Origin: Ptychomitrium polyphyllum
Taxonomy: Eukaryota
Reading direction: 5' to 3'
NCBI GenBank assembly: GCA_973851085.1
Contig: OZ316775.1
Span: 806,001 to 870,000, forward strand
Length of the DNA stretch: 64,000 nt
Each line of letters starts with the position of its first letter. Position 1 is the first letter of the stretch. Below, piece after piece: positions 13,651 to 26,883 of the stretch. Below the pieces are notes generated by a model, which did no database searches, was not told where the DNA came from, and was given only the letters and a program-made list of their open reading frames with translations. Position numbers and translations under genes: made by a program.

Positions 13651-14676
13651 ATTTCTCAAAATATTACTAAAATTCTTGGTCTCCACTTTCTTAACACAAT
13701 AATTTGGATCCTGCACTGTTTGTATACTAAGCGTACACTATGGATTCCATTTCGTTTTAAGACCAAGACTACTATGAGAATGGTACTTACCACCCTAGCA
13801 TTAAAAGGACGACCCACCACCATTCCATGCTCATCTAAAATAGAACTTAATACTGACGTCAGCCTATTACGGAAGGATATACATTGCGCCTCTCAGTAAT
13901 GCCCACGAAATAATCCGTGTACCTCACTGAGACAACAAGACCTGTTCGAGGACTTGCTGGAGTGGTAATAGAAGCGTGCACTAATCGTAAATGACACGGA
14001 CCCGGACCGAGAAAGGACCGTTGGGGGGGCAAGGAAGGCCGGGAGTCCGGGCGATGGGACTTCGCTCAAACGACCGTTGCCATGGATGCCCAGGGGCAGC
14101 ACCCACATGAGCCTCCCTCGCTCCCCATGCAGGCATACCCACCTCCCACAGCCGTCGCCGTCACCACTGTCGCTGCTCGCTCCTTGTCGCCCCTGCTCCT
14201 CTCCTGCCTCACTTAGCTGTGCCATCTCGTCTCAGCCCCGGTCCGGTGGTCCGTGCCAGTTCCAGCTCTCTGGACGCGCACGACGTCCTGCGCAGCTCCT
14301 GGGAGAGACGGACATATGGTTTCATCCGTGTAGGTGGAGTGTGGGCGACGGAGCGCTTTGTGGTGCATTCTGGGGGGTGTGAGAGGTGTTTGGATCGCGG
14401 CTGTGGCGGGGTGGCGATTGGTGCGTGGGACATTGGTGCGGGTGGGTGGAATTGCAAAGTGCGCGGGCATCCGAGTGGAGATCGTGTGGTGGTGAATAGA
14501 GTGGTACGCCCGTTCAGCTGTCTGTGTTGCTGAGTGGTGTGTCGGTGAGTTGGGCTGTCCGAGTCAGGTGCTTGGTGGAGTAGCTCTGGGATAAGTGGGT
14601 GCGGAAGCCGCAGAGTCGAAAGCGCTGAAGGTGTCGCAAGTGCACGCTCCGCGTGTCCGGTGCAATCCGTGCAGCC

Positions 14677-15108
14677 ATGGCGGTGACGAAGGTACAGCAC
14701 GTGACAAGAGCGGCGTCGGAGGGGTTGAACGCCAAGTTCTCGGACCTGTGCGATCCGCACGACCTGTCGGGCGTGCGCAGTTCGAAGAGGAGCATCTCGA
14801 AGCTGAGTGCGAAGTCGAGAGCCTCGAGCAAGGCGATGCGGCAGCTGCGGAGCCAAGAGAGGGGAGTGTCGGCGTCGTCGTGTGCGGACGACGATGCGTT
14901 TCTGATGTCGTTCATACCCCTGAACACGGCGCCGGCTCTGTTCAACGTGCGGCGGAGCTTCAGTGCGTCGAGGAGGAGGAGTGAGTCGCCGGCGCTGCAT
15001 CTGGCTTGCAGCTCTCCACGGAAGGCGGGACACGGGGTGACGAAGAGGCTTCTGAGGTTGTGCATGGGCTCCAGCGCGAACAAGTACACTCCGCTGACAG
15101 TCGCTTGA
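14677..15108 (+). CDS. Intronless basic Ser/Arg-rich protein of unknown function, 143 aa
   Basis: ATG in strong context (gcagccATGG), GC-rich codons, and GC content falls after the TGA. The N-terminus MAVTKVQHVTRAASEGLNAKF resembles, from memory and unverified, a TKVQHxTKxSSDELLxKF motif of uncharacterised plant proteins. Confidence 0.65.
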   Translation: MAVTKVQHVTRAASEGLNAKFSDLCDPHDLSGVRSSKRSISKLSAKSRASSKAMRQLRSQERGVSASSCADDDAFLMSFIPLNTAPALFNVRRSFSASRRRSESPALHLACSSPRKAGHGVTKRLLRLCMGSSANKYTPLTVA

Positions 15109-18100
15109 GACTACCGATGTTGCAAAGCATTTTTTCATGGGTTTTACGTGTCTCGTACTTAGCATTTGGCAAGGAGCTAGCCGTTGAAGGTCTAACATTA
15201 AATCGAGTACAGGTTTGGCAAGCGTGCAGAAATCATTTTACAAGTACCGGTTCTGTTGATTCGGCGTGATATGTATGATTTGTGCTCTAACGGACATCAC
15301 TCGACGAGGTTTTGTCTGGAATATCGGAGCAATCCTGCACATCTAATTCTTATGCAGTTTATTAGGAAGAACTCTCGGAATTGGTCTGTGGTTGACTTTT
15401 TTTTTGGATCACAACCGCGTGTTTTCCGTGATTCCTTTGGGGAGCTTTGGAAAGGACCGTAGCTCGGATTTAAAGTGGTTTTGTGGAATTGGGGTGGCAC
15501 CTTATAAGGAATACAGATTGTAAGCAGATTAGAGGATTGTATGTGTTTCTTCGAAGTGAGGATTGTAAATAGGCTCTTGAAGGAATGTAATCCGTGCAAT
15601 TGAGATGCACGTAATAAGAATTCCCGCTTGCATGCCATACACGAGCACAGCTTGTTGCAAGGCCACTGCAGACTCCTTCATAGCTGAGTGGCAGCCATTT
15701 CCTTGGTGACGAAAATGTACATTCAGATCGATTTGGATGAGTGCATGAGTGTGTCGCACCTTCCGTTGAAATCTTGGCAAAAGTAAACTAGTGTCTTAGT
15801 AAAGTGTTTAACAAAAAAAAAGGTACAAAGTAAGTATGTTTCGGAAAGTGAACGAATCTGACACTCTGAGCGTGGGGCTAAGCAACTGTGAAATGGTAAA
15901 TGACAGCACATGTATGCTTCAAACAATGTACATTCTGAATATTTTTAGATGCACTCTATTCGACTGCTGCAACGGACATTTATGAACACCAATGAAACTC
16001 TCGTCAGTATCCCAATACTGTTTGTATTCTGGTCCCATGACAGTCTTCCCATTTAAGTAAGGGCAATGCAAATAAAAATGAAGACTCATAATCATAAACC
16101 ACCAATAATGTCTTTCTACTCGCCTTCAGTGGGAATGCACCCAAGGAAAACTGGCACTTGACGATATGATGCACAGCACAATGAGAAAATGAAATTGATA
16201 TAGAGATAGTATATGGTATCTTCCAGCACTTACAAATTTAGTATTCACAGAACAAAGATGTGTACTGTGCATCCCATCCCGTCCATTATGCTGCAAAATC
16301 GTTACTAACATACAAAACAGCCGGTAATCTGAACGGTGACCAGTTCCAGAATCAGTGCCAGACGACCAATACAAGTGCTCAATATCCTCCCTTGAAATTG
16401 ATCATCACATCCTGGGAGATGGGTGTCGCTGTCTCCAATGTGTATGAGTCCAACAAGAATCCAGACCTGGGTCCAGCAGGCTTCTCGTCACAAGCCCTGG
16501 CTTCTGCGTTCTTAATGAGTTGCTCTCGCAAAGCATAGGCCCAATACTATCGGGGAAATGCGGACCAAAATTAGAAAGGGTGATAACAAAACCAGGAACG
16601 GAACGAAATGATCCTCGTAGGGTACACATGGCTGTAGACTTCTACTAACGATCATCTCGCTTGCTGCAAAACTATTATGGTAGCTTCCCATACAGCCATA
16701 TACGCCAGGTGTTGAAGGAAACATTGGACTGGACTGAGAAATAAAAATGCCTTGCCCTTCCTCAACATAAATTGCAATGTCATCAGCACAATGTACGCAG
16801 AAATCAACCTCGCAGCTCGAGACACCCCTACCAGAATCAAACTCTTACTTCTAAATCCTTTGCATTCATCTAACTCAATATTCTGACAAAAGAATTGCTT
16901 CACGAGGTCCACGCCCTTCACGAGGTTACTGGAGGTCTGAAGTAAAATATAAAAGCCGTAGCGGGTGAGGAGGCATGGCGCGCCTCGTCGGCGACCAGCT
17001 ATTGGCTCTCAGCAGCGCTACTACCAGCAGGTAGAGGTTTCTTGAAGAATCACGAAACAGAACCAAGACCTAAAAAGCAGAGACAGAATACAAGATTACT
17101 AACTGAAGAAGGCAAAAGAAAACAAAATTGGGGAAACAAAAATGCGTGAACACAGGACCAGGCAGGAAAGAGGACCAAGATATATGAGATCAAACTTCAA
17201 CATGTAGACAAGAGTTCATTTTTTTGTTCCCGATAGAATAAATACGGATACGAGGCCTGGGCAAGGATGGACTATGGGAGACCATAACTGGTTGTGGACG
17301 AGTTTTGGGGACTCACTTGGTTCAAATTCACAAGATATCTATTGAATCACAAGGTTTTTCATCCATTAAAAGCACAGGCATTCCTGTTTTATTTTAATTC
17401 ACTATACAGTAGACGACGAACATTCTCGACCTATAAGAATCCAGCACAGACCAAAAAGCAGCAAGAAAGTGACAAAACCACCACATGAGGACCAGGCAAT
17501 CCAGTTTTTAAAATCAGCAGTTAGTGCATGCCCGAACAAAGCACGTAGGGAAAAAGTAAGCAAATTAACGCAAGCACATAACTTACAAGCCAGCAAAGAA
17601 GTACCGTTTACAGTACACTGATTCGAGAAATCCATCAAAAGCAAGCGAACACAAGAACTTGTGCAGTTACCCCTCTTTACACTACAGGATGAAACACTAG
17701 GTATGTGAACGTTGCATCATGTTGTCACTCATTGAAAACCAGCATTACATATCAGAGTGAAGATGAAAGATGTGATTGACTCAGAAAGGTTGATGGTGAA
17801 TAGCTAAATAATGGTCAGATTTCTGCAACTAATGAAAAATAACAGTTCGGTCCAGCTTCTTAAAGAATTCTAGAAGGCAGTCTACGTACACAAGATGAAG
17901 GATCCTACACATGCCCGTTAGTTGCTCGGTCGCAACTATTAAACATCGACCACTTCGCCTCTGATCACAAATTCATGAACTCAGTCTCAATTTACTGGAT
18001 TATTGAAAGGAAAAGAATTGCTCACTACAACTGCGCATTTACAAGAGATGACCAAGTATTGCTCTTAATGGGTGATGATCAGTCTTCAGGAATCCTGCTG

Positions 18101-20308
18101 GGGGAGGAGTTCCTTGTGGAGGTGAATCTCAGTCCGTGTTGGTGGAAATTCTCGATTCTTATGATTAAAAAACAGTATGTAATACTATGGCTGGAGAAGA
18201 GAATTTCATAGAGCTCGGAATCAGATCATGTGAGGAGATGCGCTGGAGTAGTGTGGCAGACAGCAACCTCTCTTGTGCACTGGTAATGAATCCGGCTTGA
18301 AGTTTCTTCCGCAAGTCCTGCAAGGTTTTCAGTGTCAGGTTGCGTACTAAAGTGCACAAACCGGTTCCAATCATATGCCAGTTTATATTGTTGCGGAGAT
18401 GTCAATCAGATCATGTTGAAGAGGCCTACGTAAATGGAATGGAACTGAAATCAGCTTCAACAGGGTCACAGCATTTGGTGATAGAATTGAACAAGGAGTG
18501 TGAGCTGGAGTTGAGTAGCCGATGGCCCTCCTGCCCTTGCTCCATAAATGCATCCTCATAAACAGATTGCAAAAATTTGTTAAACATAAATTCAAAATTC
18601 TAATCCTAATTCTAAAAACACCGTGAGTGCAAATGGACACCCATGTACTTATCTTTGACTGCATCCATTATAAGCGTGGCCACGTTCCATACAATTCAGT
18701 GCGATCAAACTAGTACTTGTGTGACATACTCTTGTGAATGGCACCATTCACCTTGATGTCAATATACTATTCACTCTTGAAAATTGTGTGGGTACACTGC
18801 TAGGTTGATGTATCACTTGTGTCCAAATGAGCAAGAGAATAAGTCTCTCCTTCTTGAGCAGAGACCATGGTCAATTGACGACATTGCAAGTATAACCTCC
18901 TCGGTGGATTTGAGCTCATATTGGCCAGCCTGCTTGTAGACAATGGAATACTATTGAAACAAAAACATCAGATGATATGCTTCACAACATTCCTAAAAGG
19001 AATTATAGAGAGGTCAATAATCTAAAACTAGTATTCTTTCCAAAACCGAAATTGTTTAGAATGGCCATACATTAAGATTTCTAATGTCTATAAAGGTGTG
19101 CTAAAACCACTATAGTATTTAAAGATGCTTGTTTTCTACAAAACATATAAATTTGAATCTCTAAATTCATAAATTTTACTAATGGAATCATTACTATATT
19201 AAAAATTTATCAATATTTGTAAAATTATACATTTAAACTTTGAAATTTTAAAAATGTGACAGTCTATCGTCTTTAATTGTTTCTTTTGGAAGTGAAATTT
19301 CAACTTAAACATGTTTTATTTAATAAAATAAATCTATTTCTTTAAAGGACAAATTACAAAGTATTATCTAATATGTGCCATAATATTTTTATTTTTATTT
19401 TGTTCAATTCATTTTGTATGTGATACTTCTACCAAAATCCATGAAATAAAAAATCCAAATCTATAGTATTCTATACAAAAACTAATGGTTTAATTTTTAT
19501 TATTTGAATTATTTATATTCCTTATTTATATTGTGTTTGAATGCAACAATCTTTATAAATTGTTTACTTCAAATAAATGATTATCAAAACAAGTGCATAT
19601 TGTAAATAAAACCATATATATATTCAAAACCATTATTTTTTATGAAGGCTTTATATTTTAAAATCCATAATATATGTCTAAATAATAAGTAGTTTAACAA
19701 AAAATTAGAGAATTGTGCCATTAGATAATTATGCCATGTTGTTGATGAGCTACATTAATGTAAAATTTAACATAATCTTTTATAAACTTTCAAGTGTATG
19801 GTGTACATTACATTGTTAATAATTAATATAACAAATTTTTTCAAACAATACATATTTTCTTTTTAAATATATAATTATCAAATATTTTATTTTATTTCAA
19901 TTTTTGAATTATATTATATTTTGAATTGGAGGTTTTTAATTTATTTGGAGAAAATAATAGTTTATTGAGCAATTTAAAACATAGAATAAAAATATACCGC
20001 ATATAGAAGTTTTTTTTTAAACTATTGACTTTCCATTATTATATATATAAGTAATTTGAAGCAATATATGTAGTAATAAAGTTCAATTATAATATAATGT
20101 TTTCATTTGGAGATGTCAAATTGATTTAAAAAAACCATTATATTAATCAAATTGAAATGAATTAGCAAGATTCAACCATGATTAATATCTGTGTAAAGTT
20201 AAAATTTCAAAATTAGACAAGAACTTATGCAAGTGTTATTATGTCCACTTTGTAAATGCTTTTATCATATTGACTAGTTTGAAATTATCAAATAAGAATA
20301 AATAGTGT

Positions 20309-20366
20309 CAACATCTAGAAGATTTAGAGTAAGAACAATTTGCTACCAACATCTAGAAGATTTAGA
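20309..20366. repeat. 20 bp direct repeat, period 38
   Basis: caacatctagaagatttaga at 20309-20328 and 20347-20366. Confidence 0.85.
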
Positions 20367-23034
20367 ATTTTGATTGTGAAATAGACGTTTTAAATTTATT
20401 GTTAATAATTCTTTTATTGATTATTTGAAATGGTTAGTGTACAACTAGATCATTTTTGATTTTGTAAGGATTCTAATTTTAGAATTGCACAATGTTGTGA
20501 AAATTACAAAAAGCCATTGAAAACACATTTGGTAAAAAATTCCTTGCCTACTCCATCAAATTAGACTCTCTATAATTATGTCTTTTTTCAAAAAAATAAT
20601 TATGAAGTAGTCTTATATAATTGAATATCAATTGTAAAGCCAAGTACAAGTCCATCTAATTTCTATTGGTCTTATAAATTCTTTTTTTGATAATTCTAAA
20701 TATACCTAGCCATTTCTATAGAACCTTATTATTTGCAATTATAACAATTTTCAAAAAACTATGGTAAATCTAAAATGATGGATTCATTAAATTGAACCAT
20801 TTACAAAAAAAAAAAACCTTACAAAAGTTCTTTCATTTCAAATTTGGATTATCATTTGCATTAAGTTGCTTAAAGCTAAAGTTATAAAAAATCTACTTTA
20901 ATTTTTAAATAATCAAATAGAGAATATTAAATTTCATTTCATTTCATATAACAATGTTTAAAGATCAAAATGGAACTTGTAATTTGGAGATTAAATCATG
21001 TTCACTTGGTAAAAATTCTTTATGTGAATTGATTTCAAGCAAATGAATCAAAATTAACCACTTCCAATTGCTACAAAGAAACATTACCAAAATTAGACAA
21101 TATAGTGATTTGAAGGTTATTGGTAGGAATGCAATTAGCAAGGATTAAGAATCAAAAACTACACTATCATTAAAAATGCTTGTAATTCAAAACCAAAAAC
21201 TATTTGAAATTATGCATAACACATCGCTTATAAGTACTATTTTACACTTCCATGATAAAGGTTTTTAATTTTTCTAAGTTTTTTTTAAAAAATTCTAAAA
21301 TTGAATATTCTTCGAAATCCAGTTTTTGATTTTTAATCCTTTGCAGAAAAAAATTTCCTTAAAAAATTTTCCAAAAAAGTTGTCATACATAGTTTTTGAG
21401 TGAATTAGTGATTAATTCAAAAAAATATAAGTGAACTAGTCCATAAACCATATTCCTCACTGTCAGCCCTTAGATAACCAAACAAACATGCTACAGTCGT
21501 TCGAGACTGAACTGCAGAACTTGGCAATATATTATCCAAGATGACCTCCATGACATTTTAATCCATAATCTTGTCCCTATAATTGGTAGCATTGTTTGAC
21601 CTTCCCTTGACTCTGATCATCAGTTTCTGTCAAGGTAGATCACCGGCTATGTGACAATGTCTTAAAGTCTGTGTGATCAGGAGGACCAATATGTATGAGT
21701 GTTGGAGTCTTATTGCAGATTGCTTGCAGCAGGGGCCCTGGAGAGCGACGGGCTGGTGCATACAACAACACTAGCGTCTAATTCCTACATCGCCACGCCT
21801 CTTAATACAACGTTTTACAGTAAAGGTGGTGAGGAGTCATTGGGCCAAGCTGGTGATGCGACAACATGGACGGCACTAGTGGGTCATAAGATGAGGCTGA
21901 AGTAGACATCGACGCCATCGGGAAGTGAAATTTTGTGGAGCTAGAAGAACCTCAATCAAACCAACCACCTCATGAAAGTTGGCTGCAGCTGGGCCCTCTG
22001 GGGTGCTTGGGTATGGGTCCAGGCCGTTCACTAAATCCATCAATGCATGGGTGATACGCAAGTGATATTTGTGTGGTACATGCGCAAAACTAGAGCAATA
22101 CCTGGTGATATTTAGGCGGGTATGTAAATACATGGACAAGGTTGCTAGTTGTTTCAAGCCTGTCGAGGCTTCTTGCGTTCTCTGGGATAAGAGGACCTTG
22201 TAATGCAGCTTCTCTCAGATGCTCATTGCTTCCCTTCTTTCTTTTTCTCTACCGCTTCTCTCCGTGCTCCCTTGTCTTGCTAAGCCTTGTAATCTCATGA
22301 TTCTCACGTAGTTCGGATTCGTGAGAGTATCAGTTCTTTGTAATTGGGCAAGACCTGCCCTTCAGGCTCTGTACATCTGCAAGTAGATCGCTTGTACGCG
22401 ATTTGATACTTCAAGAGTTCCTTGGGATCCTGGTTCGTACTGGTGCGGTGGTGATAAGCTTGGGTGGATTTCTGCTGTTGTTGCTTCACAAGCTAGGAGT
22501 CTGACGGGTAAGTTTAGAATGCCCACTGTTTTCCCACTGTTTTTAATTTGATATCTATATGATACTCATGTGATACCTACCCGATACTCTAGGGGTTATG
22601 TTGGATAATGGTCAAGACTACTATTTAGGCTCCCTGTGAGAGTGCGCAGGAGTTTACAAGACTCCAGTGTGCAAATTTCGATCTGTTTTTTAATTTGAGT
22701 TTTTAAAATCAAACGGAGTAACCCTCTGTATCAAGAGAGCAAGCTGTTACTAAATGAGTTTCATAATTTGTCGCTGTGCGTACTTGTTCATTTTCATCAC
22801 CTAATAATGCAAGTGTAACACCAGTCTGAATTGTTCCTTTCAGTAATGGCATACAAATTAGCATTCAGTGACAATATTACATCAGAGGGCCCAAAAAATT
22901 AAGTTCTTTGAGATTCAAGTGACATACAAGCTTGTCAGACGTGCTTAACTGAGCCTATTGGGAGCTAGCTTTCCATCCTACCGATCCCGTGTGCAATCGT
23001 TCCGCTTTCTGAATCTGCAAGCACAGATTCCACA

Positions 23035-24911
23035 ATGAACTCCCGACCACCAAATGTCCTGCGCCGAAGGGTGACCCCAGTGTTGATCATCGGAGCAGGT
23101 CCTGCTGGCCTTGCCACAGCAGCCTGTTTATCCGGCATGTCAATCTCATGTCTCATTTTGGAGCGAGAAGACTGCAGCGCCTCACTTTGGAAGTACAAAA
23201 GCTATGACCGCCTTCAGCTTCACCTTCCCAAACAGTACTGCCAGCTTCCCCTCTTTCCATTTCCTACCTCATACCCCAAATACCCCTCCTGTGTGCAATT
23301 CATCAATTACTTGGAGAATTACCGTGAACACTTTGGCATTAATCCTGTTTACAACAGCAAAGTTACTGCTTTGGAGTTCTCCTCGGATGTAGGATTCTGG
23401 CTGGTCACCGCTGAACAAAAGATTTCCGACAATGACCCTTTAAAGGTTGTTCGGTATTTGGCAAGGTCGGTGGTTGTGGCCACCGGAGAAAATGCTGACC
23501 CTTCCATGCCGAGCTTTTTCGGAGAAGAGAAATTCACGGGAGAGATTAGTCACAGCATGATGTATCGCAATGGTGCTAAGTATGAAGGGAAGAAAGTATT
23601 GGTGGTTGGAGTTGGCAACACAGGGATGGAAATTGCACTTGATTTGGCCGACTTTGGTGCCAAGACCACCCTTGTTGCTAGAAATAAGGTATATCTTCAC
23701 CTTTTGGTTCATCCGGATAAATTTTTTTGTCTTCACAATGGAACCTGTTGATCATTTTCTTTTCCATCTGCGAATGTGACAAGTTTAATGATAGTATAAG
23801 ATCCAATTTTGGGTATAGACACAGGCTGTAAGAGACCATTAATAAATGACATGCTACAAAGAGAATGCAATATATTATGCTCATCAAATTTGCTAGCTTT
23901 TGACGTGGTTCATTACTTGAGTGGACTTTGAATTAGTAACTTGGTACACGATGCACATGGGTTCTGCATTGTTGTGCATCATCGGTTGAACACACTAATT
24001 GTAAAATATTGTTACATTGTTACATCGCAGTGTCACATCTTACCTCGGGATCTGTTTGGTTTTATATCCACCTTCGAAGTCTCACTAATACTCCTCAAAA
24101 GATTTCCATTGTGGTTTGCGGACAAGATTATAATTTTCTGCTCATGGATGACTCTTGGCTGCACTGATAAGTACAACCTCATTAGGCCAACTGACTTCGG
24201 TCCATTGGAAATGAAAGAAAGGACTGGCCATTCACCGGTGTTGGATGTTGGAACAGTGGCCAAAGTAAGAAGCGGAGAAATCAAGGTAAATCTGGATTTG
24301 AAACACAGTATTTCAGATTCTGTAATCTGTATGTGAACAACATTGACGTACAATTAATCGTCTTCGCAGCATTGATCTTGTTTGACTAAATCCAGGTGGT
24401 ACCAGCAATTGATCAACTCACAGATGATGGAGCCATCTTCGTGAACGGGGTGGAGGAGGACTTTGATGCCATCATCATGGCCACAGGCTATAAAACCTCG
24501 GTCCCGTCGGAATGGCTCAAGGTAATAAGTGAGCGGAAAAGAACAGTACTCGCAAAAAGTTAAACCCTCACCCTGAATTCTGTTGTATCTAAATTTTCAG
24601 AATGGGGTGTATGTATACTCTCCACCCAGCAGCTATTCAGAAATAGTTGTCCTAACTCGCCTGAGTTCCAGTTGGTTTTGCTAAGATTGGTCTTCTGATA
24701 TGCACTCCGCAATGTCCAGGAAGGCGAAACTTTCGGATGGGATGCGTCCAACGTGAAATGGAAGGGTCGGTGTAGTTTGTTTCAGGTTGGTTTAAACGGA
24801 AAGGGCCTCTTGGGATGTGCACAGGATGCGGTACATGTGGCGGATTGTATTGCAAATCGTGAAGCCGAACTTTGCATTAGTTCGTCCTCGTCGGTGATTT
24901 CGCCACCATGA
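23035..24911 (+). CDS. YUC: YUCCA-family flavin monooxygenase (indole-3-pyruvate monooxygenase-like), ~408 aa, 4 exons
   Basis: Exons 23035-23688, 24031-24285, 24396-24521 and 24720-24911, all phase 0 with GT-AG introns. Motifs: FAD site GAGPAG, YDRLQLHLPKQYCQLP, VATGENA, FMO motif FTGEISHSMMYR, NADPH site GVGNTGME, PVLDVGT, MATGYK, WKG...GLLG..QDA. Confidence 0.95.
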
Positions 24912-25312
24912 GATGGTCTCTTACTGTATTCATGATTTCTCAAGTATGACAGCTAGTTTAGATTATTACCGTAACATATCAGCTTAGCTAGCACGATGTA
25001 CCGGACAATAGTTACAGGCAATTTGTACCAGTTTATTCAATGTATCTTACTGTGGAGTTCAATTCAATAACTACTGTACCGTATGCAATAATATATGTTA
25101 ATAGCATTGATACACAGGTGCTGCTGCATAAAACTAGGTCTGATGCCCTCATTAGCAATAACGTGGAATAAGTCCTGGATACGGCAATTACCAACGATCA
25201 AGAACTTGATACTTAGCACAAAGCTGACTCCACGGCCAAAGTCCTCCCAAGTTCCACTCGAAGTATGAAGTTGAACGTTAATTTGAAATCAGTCGCCATC
25301 GTATTCAGGCCA

Positions 25313-26883
25313 TCAATTTTCCGAAGCAGATGAGAAGAAAGAGAGCTTATGGTCCTTCCAGACACCATCCTCCAGATATTTTTCATAAAAAGTTGTATCC
25401 CCAGTTTTATGCACTGCAACAACTGCCATGCTTCGGGTACCGTATGGCGGATTCTCTCTACGTACAAAAATCGGGCTAAGTATATGTTCCGCTTCTTCAG
25501 ACAAGCCTGTCTTCGGTAGACTTGAAATCGCAGCCCTTGTAGAGTCAGTAAGCACCTCATCTATTAAACGGTCCTCTGGTATAACCTGGCCAGGATACTG
25601 AGACAACAGAGCCTCAATCTTCTCTTTCCCACGAAGTACCTTTGGCCACGGAGAGTCCAGGTTCGCGTTGCTCAGACAGTGGAGTCCAGAAGAAACCTGG
25701 CCACGATCCAAATTCATCAGCAAGGCCTGCGTATCTTAGGAATATAAAAGCATAGTCCTAAACTTATTCAACTTTCTCGACTTAATATACACAACATCAG
25801 TTAGTCGTTTCCTGGAACATCATCTGGATTCGTTAGAGCGCCATCCGTAAGACTAATACCGTATCAGATGTGCAGCTCCATTACAATCCAGCTATGAAAC
25901 AGGAACCTATGAAACAACCACATAGAATGGCTAAGGACTAATCATATAACCCCAAAATTCCAGGTGTAAAACTTTAGGTTTTCGACTCATAAGCACATAC
26001 AGATGCTCCACTGCCAGCCTCCGCTAATCAAGTCTACATGTGACATGTACAAATAACCAACGCGGTATAAGATGCAAGGTGTAGGGTTGACTAATAAATG
26101 AACATTGAAGTGATCTCTGAAAGCCGGGACCTAAGCGGGGACCAGAGTAGGACCATAATCAAATTCAAGAGAAAGAGAAAACAGGGTATTCTCGCTTCAA
26201 GGTTCAAGTATCTCACTTGCTTGACTTGAATGGGCTGCCCACGAGGTCGATTGGTCAGGTAGGCCATCTCTCCAGTGTTGGTATCTGCAACGACTAGGTT
26301 AAACCCATCGTAGTCACCGGCTCGACCAGCAACTTCCTCCAGATACTCAGTGGGCGACTTCGAGCTTCGTAAAAAGAGGGTGGGCAGCTGCCCCCTGCTC
26401 ACCATTCCTGGTTGCTGGTTATCAGGCTCCCGGAAATTGGTAACAAACGCGATCCGACCGGACTCCGAGATCGCCAACCAAGTGCCCCCCTCCTTCCCAT
26501 CCCGCCCACCGATGATCTGCGGCTGCCCCCATTTGAATCCAATAGGTCAAGAAACCAGTTCTGAAACAAAAAACGGAACGATCTCATCCTCACAGCTACG
26601 GCCCACATGTACAGCATCTGAACCAGATACTCCAGTGTACACAATGTTTAGCAGAGTTTATCATTTCAAGAAGAGGTGAAATACTTTCTAGTGTCCTAGT
26701 ATCGTTCATTGTGATGCATGGTTATGCAGCTAAGGAATCTTACCAGGTGGGATTGAGTTAGCTTACCTGGTCAGTCCAGCGGTGCGCAGGGAGCGTGGGG
26801 CGCGCGTGGAACTCGTCGCGGTTGAGAGCCAACAGGAGCTTGTACTCGGGATGAGCGTTTAGAATCCAGAACGCTATACACAT
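25313..26883 (-). CDS. TANGO2: TANGO2/NRDE (DUF833) family protein, ~267 aa, 3 exons
   Basis: Exons 26883-26767, 26522 (or 26516)-26217 and 25696-25313 with GT-AG introns. Motifs: MCI..., ALNRDEFHARPT, GGRD..GGTWLAI, TNFRE, SRG.LP, YDGFNL, LSNANLDSPWPK, YGTRS. Confidence 0.95.

Noticed and set aside
14209..15198. 329 aa and 191 aa minus-strand ORFs
   Set aside because: Shadow ORFs antisense to the GC-rich plus-strand gene at 14677-15108, with weak starts and no recognisable motifs.
18220..18410. Minus-strand SPQQYKLAYDWNRFVHF, faintly like a transposon-associated WNRFVN motif
   Set aside because: Short, bounded by stops, and with no further supporting residues.
21500..22500. Moderate-GC block upstream of YUCCA with short ORFs
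   Set aside because: No motif, splice model or terminal repeats that I can support.
103..24911. UGT + GST + flavin monooxygenase as a biosynthetic gene cluster
   Set aside because: The UGT is dead, the genes are separated by ~19 kb of TE debris, there is no scaffold-forming enzyme, and the FMO looks like an ordinary YUCCA.
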